64,000 nt of DNA from contig CAIIXF020000001.1 of NCBI GenBank assembly GCA_903813345.2, positions 7,688,001 through 7,752,000 on the forward strand. The letters run 5' to 3'. The notes below the pieces were generated by a model that searched no databases, was not told the origin of the DNA, and worked only from the letters and a program-made list of their open reading frames with translations. Position 1 is the first letter of the stretch. Each line of letters starts with the position of its first letter. The stretch is from Owenia fusiformis. Its lineage: Eukaryota. Below, piece after piece: positions 48,671-60,821 of this stretch. A program made the translations under genes and the position numbers.

Positions 48671-49104
48671 AAGGGTTTGTAGAAAAACACGGGTACCGAG
48701 TAGAAAATCCTCCATGCTGGGTTCAAACTTGGTACCCGGTACCCGGTCAAAAAAACGGGAACCCAAAAAACGAAAAATACGAATATATAACATAATAGAT
48801 TATGAGAAAACGTGTAAGATTTGTTTTGAATTTACAAAAATGTATGTAACATCCTTCAAAATTGAGCTAGAAGCTTCAAATAAAAAGCATATTTTAAGGC
48901 CTTTTTCTTCCTCTATCGTCATGGCCATATTTTCATTGGTTATTGGGGGGGGGTGCGATCGCACCACCGCACCCCCCCCCCTTCGTTACCAATGGAAATA
49001 TGACCATGATGATAGAGGAAGAAAAGAGCCTTAAAATGGGTACCAAGTTTGAATCCAGCATGGAGGATTTACTACCCAGTACCCGGTTTTTTCTACAAAC
49101 CCTA
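48671..49104. mobile_element. Nested MITE with ~65-bp TIRs, itself containing a TTAA-flanked MITE (48898-49030)
   Basis: (T/A)AGGGTTTGTAGAAAAA...GGTACCC TIRs flanked by TCTAGA on both sides; inner element with ~45-bp TIRs and TTAA at 48894 and 49031. Confidence 0.75.
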
Positions 49105-50044
49105 TCTAGAAAAGTAACCTCATTTCCTATAATTTGATGTAGATTAATCAATTGAAAGCCCATGCCTACAGTATATGAATAGGTACATTTTAATATATAA
49201 CATTATGGGGGTAAGCGTTTCATAGTTGGTCACGACGCCAGAAGTGCAAAGTATTGTTCCGAGTTTTTGAATTTCGTGTTAGATTACGGTACTCACACCT
49301 GAAGCATGGTTTTTGTTTTTGGTAAATTACAATGAAGTATAATAATATTCCTATGCGTATTTTGTGAAATTGTGTTGACGTTTATTTAAGTTACAATGTA
49401 ACGGTGCATTATATTTGATTAATCAGTATCTGAAAGTTTGATTTAAGTACTTTTACACGCTTTTACATTAGTCCCAATCACGCAAATCCCTTGAATGTCC
49501 CGGGACATCCTGCAAATTTAGGTGGATGTCCCGCGAAATCCCGCAAATTTAGGGCACTCTGTCTAAAAAATCTGTCCCTCTATGAAGTTTTTGGTGGTAC
49601 CCCTGTTAACTGTCCCGCAATTAGGGTGTTTGTCCCTCGAATGGTCCCGCGAAATCCCGCGAATTTGATAAAAAAAAATTGGCCTATTAGCACAATCACG
49701 CAAATCCCTTAAATGTCCCGCGAAATCCCGCGAATTTAGTAGATGTCCCGCAAATTTTGGGCACTTGGTCTAAAAAATCTGTCCCGCGAGAAAATCTTTA
49801 GGGGTTGACAGTACTGAAATATATATTGAGACAGATAGTCACTTGCAATATTTATTGAACAGTCCTTCTACCACATACTTCTGCACAATTAATTGATCTT
49901 TTATAATATTATGGATATACACGCACACACACATATTGTTAAGTGAATGATGTTGATACTAGATTAATATTTTCTCATTAAAAGGTTCTTAAAACATAGA
50001 GGCCAAATGGAAATAATTGTTAAACAATGCCAATGCATTGACAT

Positions 50045-50660
50045 AATATTATACAAATATTTAATTCTATTGAGGTGAATACCTGTGCATCTTTCACAAG
50101 TGATATTCCACGAAGCCCGAAGGGCTAGTGGAATATCATCTTGTGAAAGTGTCACAGGTATTCACCGAAAATAGAATTAAATATTTGTTTTATTATATCA
50201 CTGTCATAACATCTTCTATAATTAAAGTGTTCCCCTTCAATTGATCGTGCCTCCAAATACAGCTGGTTCAATTTTTATTCAATGTCGATTTTGATACGTT
50301 TTCCAAATCAATCACATCGTCTTTGCTAGATATCCAATCTTGAAAGATCTTCACTGATCTTTTTGTTGCCTTTATTGTGTTATCTGAATGAATATTCCCG
50401 TGGATTCTATCAATTTCTTCAGCAGAAATATTTGGAAACCTTTGTTTACCGTCTGCCATTTGGGTTATTATGGGGTATATAAAATGAAAATTACACAGGA
50501 CTAAGTCAACACCGGGGATATATAAGTCATGACCGTTGAATATCATTTGATATTCACCGGAAGTTACGTGACTTCCGTTGAATATCGCTACTTATTTTTT
50601 AGTCACGTGTACGACATGGACCAATAAGAGAGTGAGGAATATGACAGTGATATAATAAAT
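50045..50660 (-). mobile_element. Crypton-like deletion derivative: long hairpin, inverted repeats and a DUF3504-type N-terminal coding fragment
   Basis: ~150-bp imperfect palindrome 50046-50196; 20-bp inverted repeat TTTATTATATCACTGTCATA (50189) / TATGACAGTGATATAATAAA (50640); ORF from ATG 50459 MADGKQRFPNISAEEID...NTIKATKRSVKIFQDW resembles the N-terminus of Crypton/DUF3504 proteins (recalled pattern). Confidence 0.55.
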
Positions 50661-51214
50661 AACTGTATAACCACCTTGTATTTCAAATTGTTGTTCAAAA
50701 ATTTGATGACAATTTACCATTACAGATGATGACAATAGACGACCTAATGCCAATCACAAAAAATAATGGCTTTAACAGTATGTCACCATTTCAGGGACAT
50801 AAAAATTGAAGTGAAAAGAATTGTTCAGTTCATATACAGAGACTTTATAATTAGATATGGCACGACAATACATGTACTAGACAGTTGGTCTTAATCCGAT
50901 TATCGCTAATTTTATCCTGCTATAACTTATTATAAACAAATCATTATATCCCATCTGCTAATGATTCAGAGCCCTTTTTAATCCAATGCTAAAATATCCA
51001 ATCATAAGATGCTCTTATTAGATTACATATACTGACCTGATAAGATGTTTAACTTTGAACACTGAAGTGTTGGTAGGAATGTTTTTATTTAAAGAAAAGT
51101 TATTTTGAAACAATTTTACGGTGGTATTAGCTGATACATTCTATTTGCTTATGAATGTTTTTGCTAATTTCTATGCAATCTTTGGGTTAGTTATTGTAAA
51201 ATTGAAAATGGTCA

Positions 51215-51526
51215 TTTTGTATCATGGTCATGTTAACCTATGTTGCATCATGGTAATGTTGATTTATGTTGTATCATGGTGATGTTGATTTATGTTGTAT
51301 CATGGTCATGCTGAACTCTTTTGTATCCCGGACATGTTGACCTTTGTTGTATCATGATCACATTAACCTATGTTGTATCAAGGTCATGTTGAATTATGTT
51401 GTGTCATGGTCATGCTGACCTATATACAGGTCATGTTGACCTTTGTTATGTCATGGTCATGCTGAACTCTTTTGTATCATGGTCATGTTGACATATATAT
51501 GTTGACCTTTGTTGTATCATGGTCAT
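51215..51526. repeat. Degenerate ~25-bp minisatellite
   Basis: Recurrent TGTTGTATCATGGTCATGTTGACC-like units. Confidence 0.75.
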
Positions 51527-51555
51527 AGAGAAAATATTTGGGTAACTCCAGCTTA

Positions 51556-52090
51556 ACGGCCCCCTCACATATGAACAAAAAAACATGTCAAGTTGCCTGT
51601 ACTGACGAAAAGGAATTGAGTAAAATTCATTCCAATTAGTACTACATATGTATGTTTTACATCGTTTGGGTGTTTGTATGTCGAAGTATTCTTTTGGAAA
51701 GCTTCGGACTCTTCCGAAGCATACGCTAACTTGTGCTTCGGTTCGCATGTTTACAATTTTTCTCTTTTCCTTATTTCACGTGTTGTAGGCAGAATCTCCA
51801 CGCAATTTTTCTCACAAACGTATATCAGTATAATATGATTTAGAAAATGTACATGTTTGCGAAAAAAATAGCTCAGAAGACAACAGAATCGTCGATTTAA
51901 TTCTTCACTTAAGTTACATAAACAGTTCGGGTTAAAAGTGCAGATCTTAGCTGTTTTTCGAAAAATCATACCTTCGATGTTCCGACATTTTGTTACCGAA
52001 ACGAACTGTTTCGGTAACCAGCGTAATCGAGTGGATCACCAGTGCATTTCGCAAGGCTGCATATAGCAGATTCCTTCATGTAAGGAGGCC
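51556..52090. mobile_element. Possible TTAA-flanked non-autonomous TIR element
   Basis: TTAA-CGGCCCCCTCACATATGAA on the left vs TTCATGTAAGGAGGCC-TTAA on the right (imperfect inverted match). Confidence 0.4.
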
Positions 52091-53522
52091 TTAAGCAAAA
52101 TATGTTCAAACTGTATTTGCCAACCTAATATGCAGGCAAAGTTTGTGGGTTCACATGTACTTTATTTCTGCCAGGACATGGTACACATTGAGGTGAGAAT
52201 TTGAACTTACGTTCAGGTAATGAAGATTTGGTTTGATAGATAAGTTTATAAGTTCTCCTCCACAAAAACAAACAGTAAAATCATAAAACTTCCTTTGAGT
52301 TTTCAAATAAGATTGTTTATCTTCATGGATTATGATTCCTTAATACTGAGAACCCCTCCCCAACAGAATGCGACAGGATTCACCTTCTTGCAGCATGTTA
52401 TTACAGCTATGGGGATCTGAATTCTAAAATATGAGAGATGCTCTGAAGCTGTGCTGCAAAGATGTTAATCAAGCTGTCTTGAATCAAAAGAGAATCAAAT
52501 CAATGTTTTTACTGTGAGGTGTGTAGCTGGGTTTAACCTACATGTAAATATTGGCAAGGGTTATCTAAGAAAAATGAGGCCCAAAATGAGACCTAGTTTT
52601 AGGCCCAAAAATATTCTACAAATTATTTTTAAAGCCCATTTATTATTGGTCATTCTAAGGGAGGAAGATGGCTCCCTGTCAATAAATAAATGTACAGTAT
52701 ATTAATTATTTGAGTCAAATCAAAGGGAACTCAAAACAAAATAGATATACAAAGATAATGAAATAAGCTACTCACATCTTAAATATTGATCATGTATATT
52801 TTCTATTCCAGATTGTTAATCAATTAATATTATAGAGTAATTTTACGTGAAAGAAATAAAATCTCTTGAAGCATTATACTGCCTTAGGCTGATTGGATAA
52901 ATGTCTGTCCTTGTGCTGAACTGATTAGGCCTAAATCCTGTTCTTTATTGACACAGCTGATAAACAATAAACAATTAACTCAAAGTCTGAAAGTCCACGA
53001 AAACTTCTATTATTCAAGGCTAAAAGTACCATTTGGGTTATCAACCTTTTCACTATGCTTCACATAATGACCATCAGCCTTTTCACTAATGTATATATGA
53101 TGACTAAGAATATCTATATGAGGAGAGGGGGCAAATTGTAAATGATCGAGTTACAAATGACCAATATTTGGGCCAATCTGACTTTATTTTACAAAAATTG
53201 TACTTTTTGCTCTTTTAAATTGGCATTATCAGATCTACATGTAATGGCCAACCTCTAACTTACCACTCTCAAAGGTATCTCTTTAATATCCAATCATATT
53301 GATTAAAATACATGTATAATCCAAGGTCTTTAATTGAATAAGTGACTCAAATGCAAATTGGGATATTTATAGTTCAATGTCAAGATAATGAGAAATCTCT
53401 TAAGACTTCAACCTAAACGTAATTAATACTGTACATAAATGCTTATAGATATTTCATTATGAATGATGGTATTCAAAATCAAATGCAATGCTTCACAGAA
53501 TTTTTTCAACAATGTGCAAAAT

Positions 53523-54040
53523 TCTAACTGGACAACAGCAACGCCAAAGCGTAGCAAATCCCATCGAACAGCCATGGCTGGTATTTTTACAAACAAAGTA
53601 TATAGCAAAAATGGCAGCCATTTTTCAAATTGGCCACTATCTACCAAAAGTGTCATTAGACAGTGTGCCATGCTTATAGCATTCACATACCAAATATGAA
53701 CAAAATCGCTCCACTACTTTTCGAGTTATAGTAAAATACGTAAAAATGGCGGTCATTTTTCAAAATAGCCACCTTCTACCAAAAGTGTCATTAGACAGTG
53801 TGCCATACTTATAGTATTCACATACCAAATATGAACAAAACTGCTCCACTACTTTTCGAGTTATAGTAAAATACGTTAAAATGGTGGCCATTTTTCAAAA
53901 TGACCGCCTTCTACCAAAAGTGTCATTGAACAGTGTGCCATGCTTATAGTATTCACCTACCAAATAAGAACAAAATCGCTCCACTACTTTTCGAGTTACA
54001 GCAAAAACCGTAAAATAGCGAGTAAAGGCCGCCATTTTTC
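53523..54040 (-). mobile_element. Truncated reverse copy of the 36773-37911 HINE family (3' end plus ~3.5 satellite units)
   Basis: Reverse complement of about 37130-37911, including CAACGCCAAAGCGTAGCAAATCCCATCGAACAGCCATGG and the 135-bp units. Confidence 0.85.
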
Positions 54041-54954
54041 ATTCACTTCATTTTAGTTGTTTGTAATATGGCAATCTCTCAATAACTGCAAGGAAAATGA
54101 ACACCAACATTCATGTATTTATTCACGGTTGAATCACGAAGTATGAATTAGTGTATAAATAATTTCTGTACGGTCAAGGTATTTTGAAATGATTTAATAA
54201 TAGAACGAGGTCATGTATGAGTGGATTGTTTTCTTGGGTATTGAAAGGTTTTGTAGGCGTCATCTCGGTTCTAAACGCCAAAGCGGGTGGACTAAACTTT
54301 ACATTATTTTAGAATAACGTGTATTTAGTTTATTGTATGTTCAAAAAATAATTACCATGGTTGTTAGGTAAATACTTGTAGAAGTTCAAATCCTCACACT
54401 GCTCCTTTTCATGGAGAGGTGGACCTCCCTATAGAATTTTCTGTAAAGTACGCGCTGGTGTATTGCAGTTTTTATATAAAGGGTTGGGTTCCCGGATCAG
54501 GAGCCGGTGCAACAGTTGCATCGTTAACAACTTTGGTCACAGACAAACCATTTTATTCAAGTGCAAAATAGCAACTCTTGTATCAGCAAAATAGTTTGTA
54601 GACGCTAATTAAATACATAATAATCGATAAAGATCGCATTGTAATCATGTTAATTAATCTTGAAAGATGATGATGATATTGTATTTGTCAGTTGGAATAA
54701 ACGGTTACTGCAGCTCCACTCTCGGCGCTTGGCGCAGAACCATACCTAAGAGGATGTGTGTTAGGTTTTTTATTGAGAATGAAGAAGCTTTATTAGGACA
54801 GAATTCATACTAATTTGAGTGAGCAATATTTAGAAACCATGGAGATTTTGCTTTAAATTGAATTTTATTTGTTGCATCATTTGTTATTTTTTCAGCTTTA
54901 GTATTGTTAAGAGTATGTTCTATTTGTGATTATATTAGTTATTATTAAATGATT

Positions 54955-55586
54955 CAGTAGGGGAAGTGGTCCTAATTATCGCACGGTCCTAATTATCGCA
55001 CGATTGTCCTAAATAGCTAAAATATGCACCCACCATCTTTTAAACCAGTGTTACGAAAAACAGTTCAACACCATTACTCCCAATCTTCATGATTTATTCA
55101 TATATTTAGAAATATCTCTTCATTTTTTAAGAATTGTTAACTTCCGCCATTGTCATAAATGCTTTTGCGCAAGAAGTGAAATTCGTCTGACAAATTTTGA
55201 CCCCCTCCAAATAAAGACAGAAAAGTAAGTGTATAATGTATATTTTGTTGATATTTTACACTAAAACTGATAGAAAAATGATTACAGCATATGTATGTAT
55301 CTGTTATAAACAGAGAAATGTATACAGTATCGTGAAATGACATCTGAAACATAACTGTGCGATAATTAGGACGACTGTGCGATAATTAGGACCACCGCAC
55401 ATGCGAGTCTAAGGGGTCTTAAAGTGTTAGCGTTCGGAGATTGAGAAATGTCAAACACTACTAAGATTTTAGAGGAAAGGTTGATCTTTCGTCTCATATT
55501 CTCAAAGTAAGTTGAAGTTATCATATTTGAAATCGTCAGTAGTTTCCCTGAGTACCTGTGCGATGATAGGACGACTTCCCCTACTA
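54955..55586. mobile_element. MITE with AGTAGGGGAAGT TIRs and repeated GTCCTAATTATCGCAC motifs
   Basis: AGTAGGGGAAGTGGTCCTAATTATCGCAC at the left end; GTGCGATGATAGGACGACTTCCCCTACT at the right end; two further inverted motif copies at about 55357-55394. Confidence 0.65.
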
Positions 55587-56992
55587 TATTCCAGGCCCTC
55601 AGATATCAACCATTTGACATTTACAATTAAAGGATATATACTGTTATAGTATGCAACTGAATATATCATGGGCAAAAGAAACAATGAGTCCATAATGCAA
55701 AATCAGTTTTCCAATGGTGTTTTTTATGTTCTTTTCGAAAGAAAACCTAAAAATGCTCACATTTTGTTTGTAGATTTGTTGGAGCATCAATGTATTGTGG
55801 GGGCACGAAATTCATCTCCAGACCAAATCTATTACTTTTTGTCAATAGATAATACCCTTTCCTTGAAACAGTCTGGTGATTTTGAACAATTTGTAAGACA
55901 TTGTTCCATTTGAACAGGTTAACCACAATGGAGCATTTATTGAGTAGGAGAATGTTATTATTTCAAGACTAGGTTTTTTGGTGATCAGATCACAATTTTG
56001 ACCATGCAATGGTATCTTTTACCTTGGAGAAAGTACCAAATTATATCTTGGTAGTCTTAATTTTGAGTCAACTAGTAATAATATAGGCCTATATTAAACA
56101 ATTTTAAAATAACTTTTATGTTTACCCAGGAAGGTGTTCTTAACTTGTAGTTTGTGGCTTCAGGAGTCGCTCATACTCATTCTATTTTTACAAAGCTAAA
56201 TATGCAATCAGAAGGGAACTTCAGTATGTTCTGATAAACATACCAGTTATTTTAGATTGATAGGGATTGCCCCAATTCACAAGTTAGGTTTTCACAATTT
56301 TAATAACTGCTTAGCTGTGGCGCTCAATCCATTCTCATCTGAATGTCTATTCTATTATAAGAGAGCTAAAATCCATATATTTAGTGAAAAGCCAATAGTA
56401 TTTATGGAAGTGGTAGAATAACAAATCAAATTATCTCAAACATGAAAAGTCAGCCCCTACATGTACATGTAAGTAAAATATGAATATAACAATCGTCGAT
56501 ATGTATATAAATGTATGAGCATGGGGTTTCAAGAGAAAGCTTTCTTGAGCCTATGATGTGAAGCAATTTACATGTCATTTTGCAATTATTATTACTTCTG
56601 AGTGCTGCTCTGTTTGAAATTAGAACAAAAACCCTATGGTCTGTCTGTAACAGCAATTTGTACAGCTGACGTCCGTGAGGCGTGAAGGTGCAATGAAATG
56701 TCATATCATCATCATTTGTTGCCTGCATATCTCGTCATCATATTATTCTTTTAGTCATAAAAAATCTACAACTATATTGACAGACTTAGCTCCCCGCTCT
56801 CATGGCTCTATCAAAGATTTTTCAATACATCTTTCTTTTTTTTCATTTGTTGACCAAGAAATTCTGAACTTTTTTCTTTCTCGAAAATTTTTATGCACAC
56901 TTATTTGTCATGATATAGACTCAATCTCAATGAAAACTCTCAAATTACCAGAACATCTAAATGCTTGAATGTTTTATATATTATTTACTCAC

Positions 56993-57314
56993 CGACAAAT
57001 GACATATATCAGCTAAAATGACTTCAAAACATCACATTTGCCTGCCACGTTCGTAATATTTTGATTGTTCCAGAATCCGACTTTTCAACGACATTTGCTA
57101 GAAATTTACGACATTCGAATCTACTTTGGTTGGACCATTCTTCGGCTTATAAACGTGTCAAAATTATGTTATGCAGATGAAATATATGCGGATACAATTC
57201 TGCCCTGTTCTCATACACTACCTTCCCGTTAGATACGGTATTTATTCCATATTCTGTAGGCCTAATATCGTGACGTTTCTTCAGGGGTCAAGGACATTGC
57301 CATTTTGTCAACAA
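56993..57314. promoter_or_regulatory. Candidate bidirectional promoter between TLCD4 and ALG14
   Basis: Strong minus-strand donor CG|GTGAGTAA at 56992 and the ALG14-like ATG at 57315 lie about 320 bp apart in divergent orientation, in a locally CpG-richer stretch. Inferred. Confidence 0.45.
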
Positions 57315-57456
57315 ATGATGTTTGAATTATGCAGTATTTCAACCTTTATTTTGACCTGTTCTGTATGTATTTCATGGTATATATACGTGCTTTACAGACG
57401 GAGAAATGTCAGTAAGCCTAAATGTGCAGCATCTACAATGATTGTCCTTGGTTCAG
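57315..57456 (+). CDS. ALG14: UDP-GlcNAc transferase subunit ALG14, first coding exon only
   Basis: MMFELCSISTFILTCSVCISWYIYVLYRRRNVSKPKCAASTMIVLGS-G|gt: a hydrophobic anchor, then MIVLGSG ending at a phase-1 donor, matching the ALG14 xVxGSG|GH motif. No downstream exon found in the window. Confidence 0.65.
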
Positions 57457-58348
57457 GTATATTTTTTGATATTATATGTGAACACATTTTTCATGTTCAA
57501 AATCTAGCCTACAGAGTGAGCCAAAAAAGGTAACTCAAACAAGTATCAATAACTCTGTCATTCAGTATGAGTAACCAAACCTGTCTGGCCCAGTTATCTA
57601 CTCCTGACGTCGTAGATCTGGGCCAGACGAGGTCCAATGCAAAAAAAGGGGGATTTACTCCGGAAAAAACATGTCGCTGAATCATTACTCATTATTCATT
57701 CCCTATTAGCCATCCAACCAAAACATCGGGCTCCATGTAAACCCAAGTATTTATTTGAAATAAAGAGTATATAATGTAACGACCCTTGATAGCAAGTTGC
57801 TACTACAGTCCAGCTGTAGTGGCTTAAAGACTCACCCCCGCTATAAAAGGCCTGAATCAGTTGAAAAAACATGGCTGAATTCAAAATTTAGACAAAATCT
57901 GAGCTCACTGACATTTTCCTCATTTTCTCTAGTTATAGAAACCCTATCACTCTATAAATTGTCACAGTTATCTATGAATATAGGAGGCATTGAAACATGT
58001 TAAATCCAGTCCAAGATATTATTTACTTTTGTAATTATTACTGTTTAATTTCTGATATTGGAACAACTGAGAAGGAGGAGCCTATTTTGAAATGAGCCAA
58101 TCACAACAGGCGATCCGTGCATATTTAGAGGTCAACAAAAGCACATGGCCTAAAATATCTGCAGTAAATGAAGTATTATTGATATTAACTTACCCTGATC
58201 CTGGCTGAGGCATTTCAAGTGATGTGATCTTTATATATCCAACAGTGATAGTTAATCCAATTACATGCACATAGTCATGTTGTATTTATATGTTATTAAT
58301 CTTGTAAATAATCTATGGAATGTGGTAAAGTATAAGTATATTGTATAA

Positions 58349-59986
58349 TTAAAATATAGAATCCATCCATTTGTTCCAAATATTGTTTTTGTAATTAGTT
58401 GTGTAGTCCTTCAAAACTTTTCTTTGTTTGAAGGGATTCAGTGGATCATCAATTTCAGTAATGCTGGAATAATCACGGTCTACATTTTCATTCCAGTGGA
58501 CGACAGCTAGATTAGTTCTTATTTCGAATTGTTGCTTTTTAAAGACAACACGCTTATCATGGAAAATATTCAACGTATTGTTGAAGCTCTCAACATAAAA
58601 TGTGTCCATAGCTTCTGTATAATGTTCAGCGTGTCTATAAATTTCTGTTTTTTTAATTGATGATAATAATAATTGTTCTGCAATGGGTGAGGTGATTCTA
58701 ATTTTCTCTAATCTGTAGTTGATATTTGTTTTACAGCTTGATATGGCATCGCAATTTAAATGGTTGTCCTTATAATGGTTTGGAATTTGCTCTAGTTTCA
58801 TCCTGATTGTATTCGGATTCTTATCACAGTTTCGAATAACTTGCTGTGCTCTTTTTCGTGCCCCATCGGGTTTGTCTATGAGTTCCGAGTGCCACGTCTC
58901 GCCATCTTTATATTTGGGCCCCTTACAAACTTTGTTTATTTCACGACTGAATGACTTTGCCGCATGCCATGTGTCATTCTGGTTTAAAGTTTCCTTGCCA
59001 CCAGGTCCTCTGTGCTCACGGATTATTTTATTGATTGTACCGTTGTTGTCATGGGCATGAATATTTATTTTAACTTGTTCAGCATCAAAAAATTCATACA
59101 TCCGTTTAGTACCCAATGCCTCATGCTTTTGAGATGACATTTCATCTTCCTTTGAAACATGTTCAGAACGTATAACTCTGTGTTTGTTGTGGCCCAAACA
59201 TATCACATCACAATCAAACGCATTTCTTCTACCACCATGTCGAGCATCCGTCATGATATTGATACCATTTGCCTCGACATCAGGATACGTCCCCTTTTCT
59301 TCATCTAAGGCAGCTTTGCAAGATTCTTTCATCGCTTCACTGATATGAGAAGATAATTCATTTGTATAAGTCTTCTCTTTTCTCCAACCTAGATGGCCCA
59401 TACCGACTGCTTTAACAACATTCTCATATTGTGAAGGCAGTAGCCCACTTGTCAACTGTCCAAAGAAAAAACGAAGATTGACGTAAGCCTCGCTATTTGG
59501 TAAGTGGGGTGAGGAAGGCCATCTTACATAATGTTCGCTGACCTGGCATTTAAATGCAATTGTTGCTGCATGTCCATGTAATACTACTTCTTGCAACTGA
59601 AGTTCCGCTTGACATATTCTGCTATGATGTTCAACTAAACTTACAAGTTTTTTGACAGTTTTTTCAGTTGTAAAAAATATTGGTTGCTCAGTTTCATGTC
59701 TCTCTAGTGGTGTGTACCAAGACTCTGGCTCAAGATTGCCTTCAGATGATGCTGAAGTATGTGTGTTGCTACTTGCAGATGGCATATTGTGTGTTAGCCA
59801 ATAGTCTAATGCTATTTCTATGGCATCTACATTGCCATTCAGGTGTAAAAACTTCTTTATTTTACTCGTTTTTCCAAGCAAAGTTTCCTTCTTCTCTTGA
59901 CCTCCTGCACATTCAATTGAGAATCTTGAGGAACGCCCATGCTTTTCTCTATATTCCTTCTTTTTCTTAGCTTTACTTGCCATCAT
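58349..59986 (-). CDS. DDE transposase, Kolobok-like (545 aa, uninterrupted)
   Basis: Candidate catalytic D (IMTDARH), D (AHDNN), E (VESFNN); DTWH motif; C-terminal R..LA..HWNEN; His/Cys cluster H..IC...C...H near the N-terminus. Confidence 0.8.
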   Translation of the reverse strand: MMASKAKKKKEYREKHGRSSRFSIECAGGQEKKETLLGKTSKIKKFLHLNGNVDAIEIALDYWLTHNMPSASSNTHTSASSEGNLEPESWYTPLERHETEQPIFFTTEKTVKKLVSLVEHHSRICQAELQLQEVVLHGHAATIAFKCQVSEHYVRWPSSPHLPNSEAYVNLRFFFGQLTSGLLPSQYENVVKAVGMGHLGWRKEKTYTNELSSHISEAMKESCKAALDEEKGTYPDVEANGINIMTDARHGGRRNAFDCDVICLGHNKHRVIRSEHVSKEDEMSSQKHEALGTKRMYEFFDAEQVKINIHAHDNNGTINKIIREHRGPGGKETLNQNDTWHAAKSFSREINKVCKGPKYKDGETWHSELIDKPDGARKRAQQVIRNCDKNPNTIRMKLEQIPNHYKDNHLNCDAISSCKTNINYRLEKIRITSPIAEQLLLSSIKKTEIYRHAEHYTEAMDTFYVESFNNTLNIFHDKRVVFKKQQFEIRTNLAVVHWNENVDRDYSSITEIDDPLNPFKQRKVLKDYTTNYKNNIWNKWMDSIF

Positions 59987-60821
59987 ACAGTTTAGGATTG
60001 CTACAATGTGTGTCTTGCCTAGTAACTGTTAGTAAGATATGTGAAAAGGCACAAATGTAACAGTTGAAAACACATGGCAATTTAGGCAAAGGGTGTACCT
60101 TAGGGATGTGACAGTGTGGGAAATATATAACCATAATTATATTTATTTTAGTTATTAAGCTAGGGAGTGCAAAAATGATAAGCCATATTTTATTGTTGCA
60201 TTATAACCACATTTCTTTTTTGTTCTTACTCAAATTCTAGCCATAATTTAATGATGAAAGTTCAGAAAAATAAAAAATCCAGGTAACTGTTTGCAACTTA
60301 TGCCATGAGGCACATAAGTGGTACAGCCCCAATTAAAAATCTCAGAGGTCTAGGATTTGCCTGCTTTCACCACTTAGCTATAAAATTGAAAAATTGGGAA
60401 ATTCAAGAGATTTTCTACATGCCTCATTGACAAAGTCAGGGAGTCATGTTTATTAATTATCAATCATGGTCACATCAATAGAAACCTAGATTTGGACCTT
60501 ACAAGAGTTCATGTGGATGTACCATATCATGAACACAGGGGTGAACAAATTACACTCTTCCACATATGAAGATTATATGTTAGATTTCTGGTGACATTCA
60601 ACATTTAATGTACCTTCCCGAGTGAGTATATCTGAGATTCCAGATGATGAATCCACCAGAGAGTATTTATTATTAAAACCTCCAAGAATTGGAGAAAGCC
60701 TTGGTTTTCCCATAGTAATATACATTTATCAAGCTGCATTTCACTGGTCTTTCAGATTCTAAAAACTAAATCTATGATCCAAGAAACAGTGTCATTTTAT
60801 GTTTGAAGTTCAAGCAGTGAA

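Larger units (their letters stand above)
47768..49816. mobile_element. Non-autonomous TIR element (CAG(A/T)(G/A)CTGTCAA termini, 6-bp TSD) hosting three further MITEs
   Basis: TIR CAGAGCTGTCAA / TTGACAGTACTG; TSD AAATAT at 47762 and 49817; many subterminal TCCCGC motifs at both ends. Confidence 0.7.
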
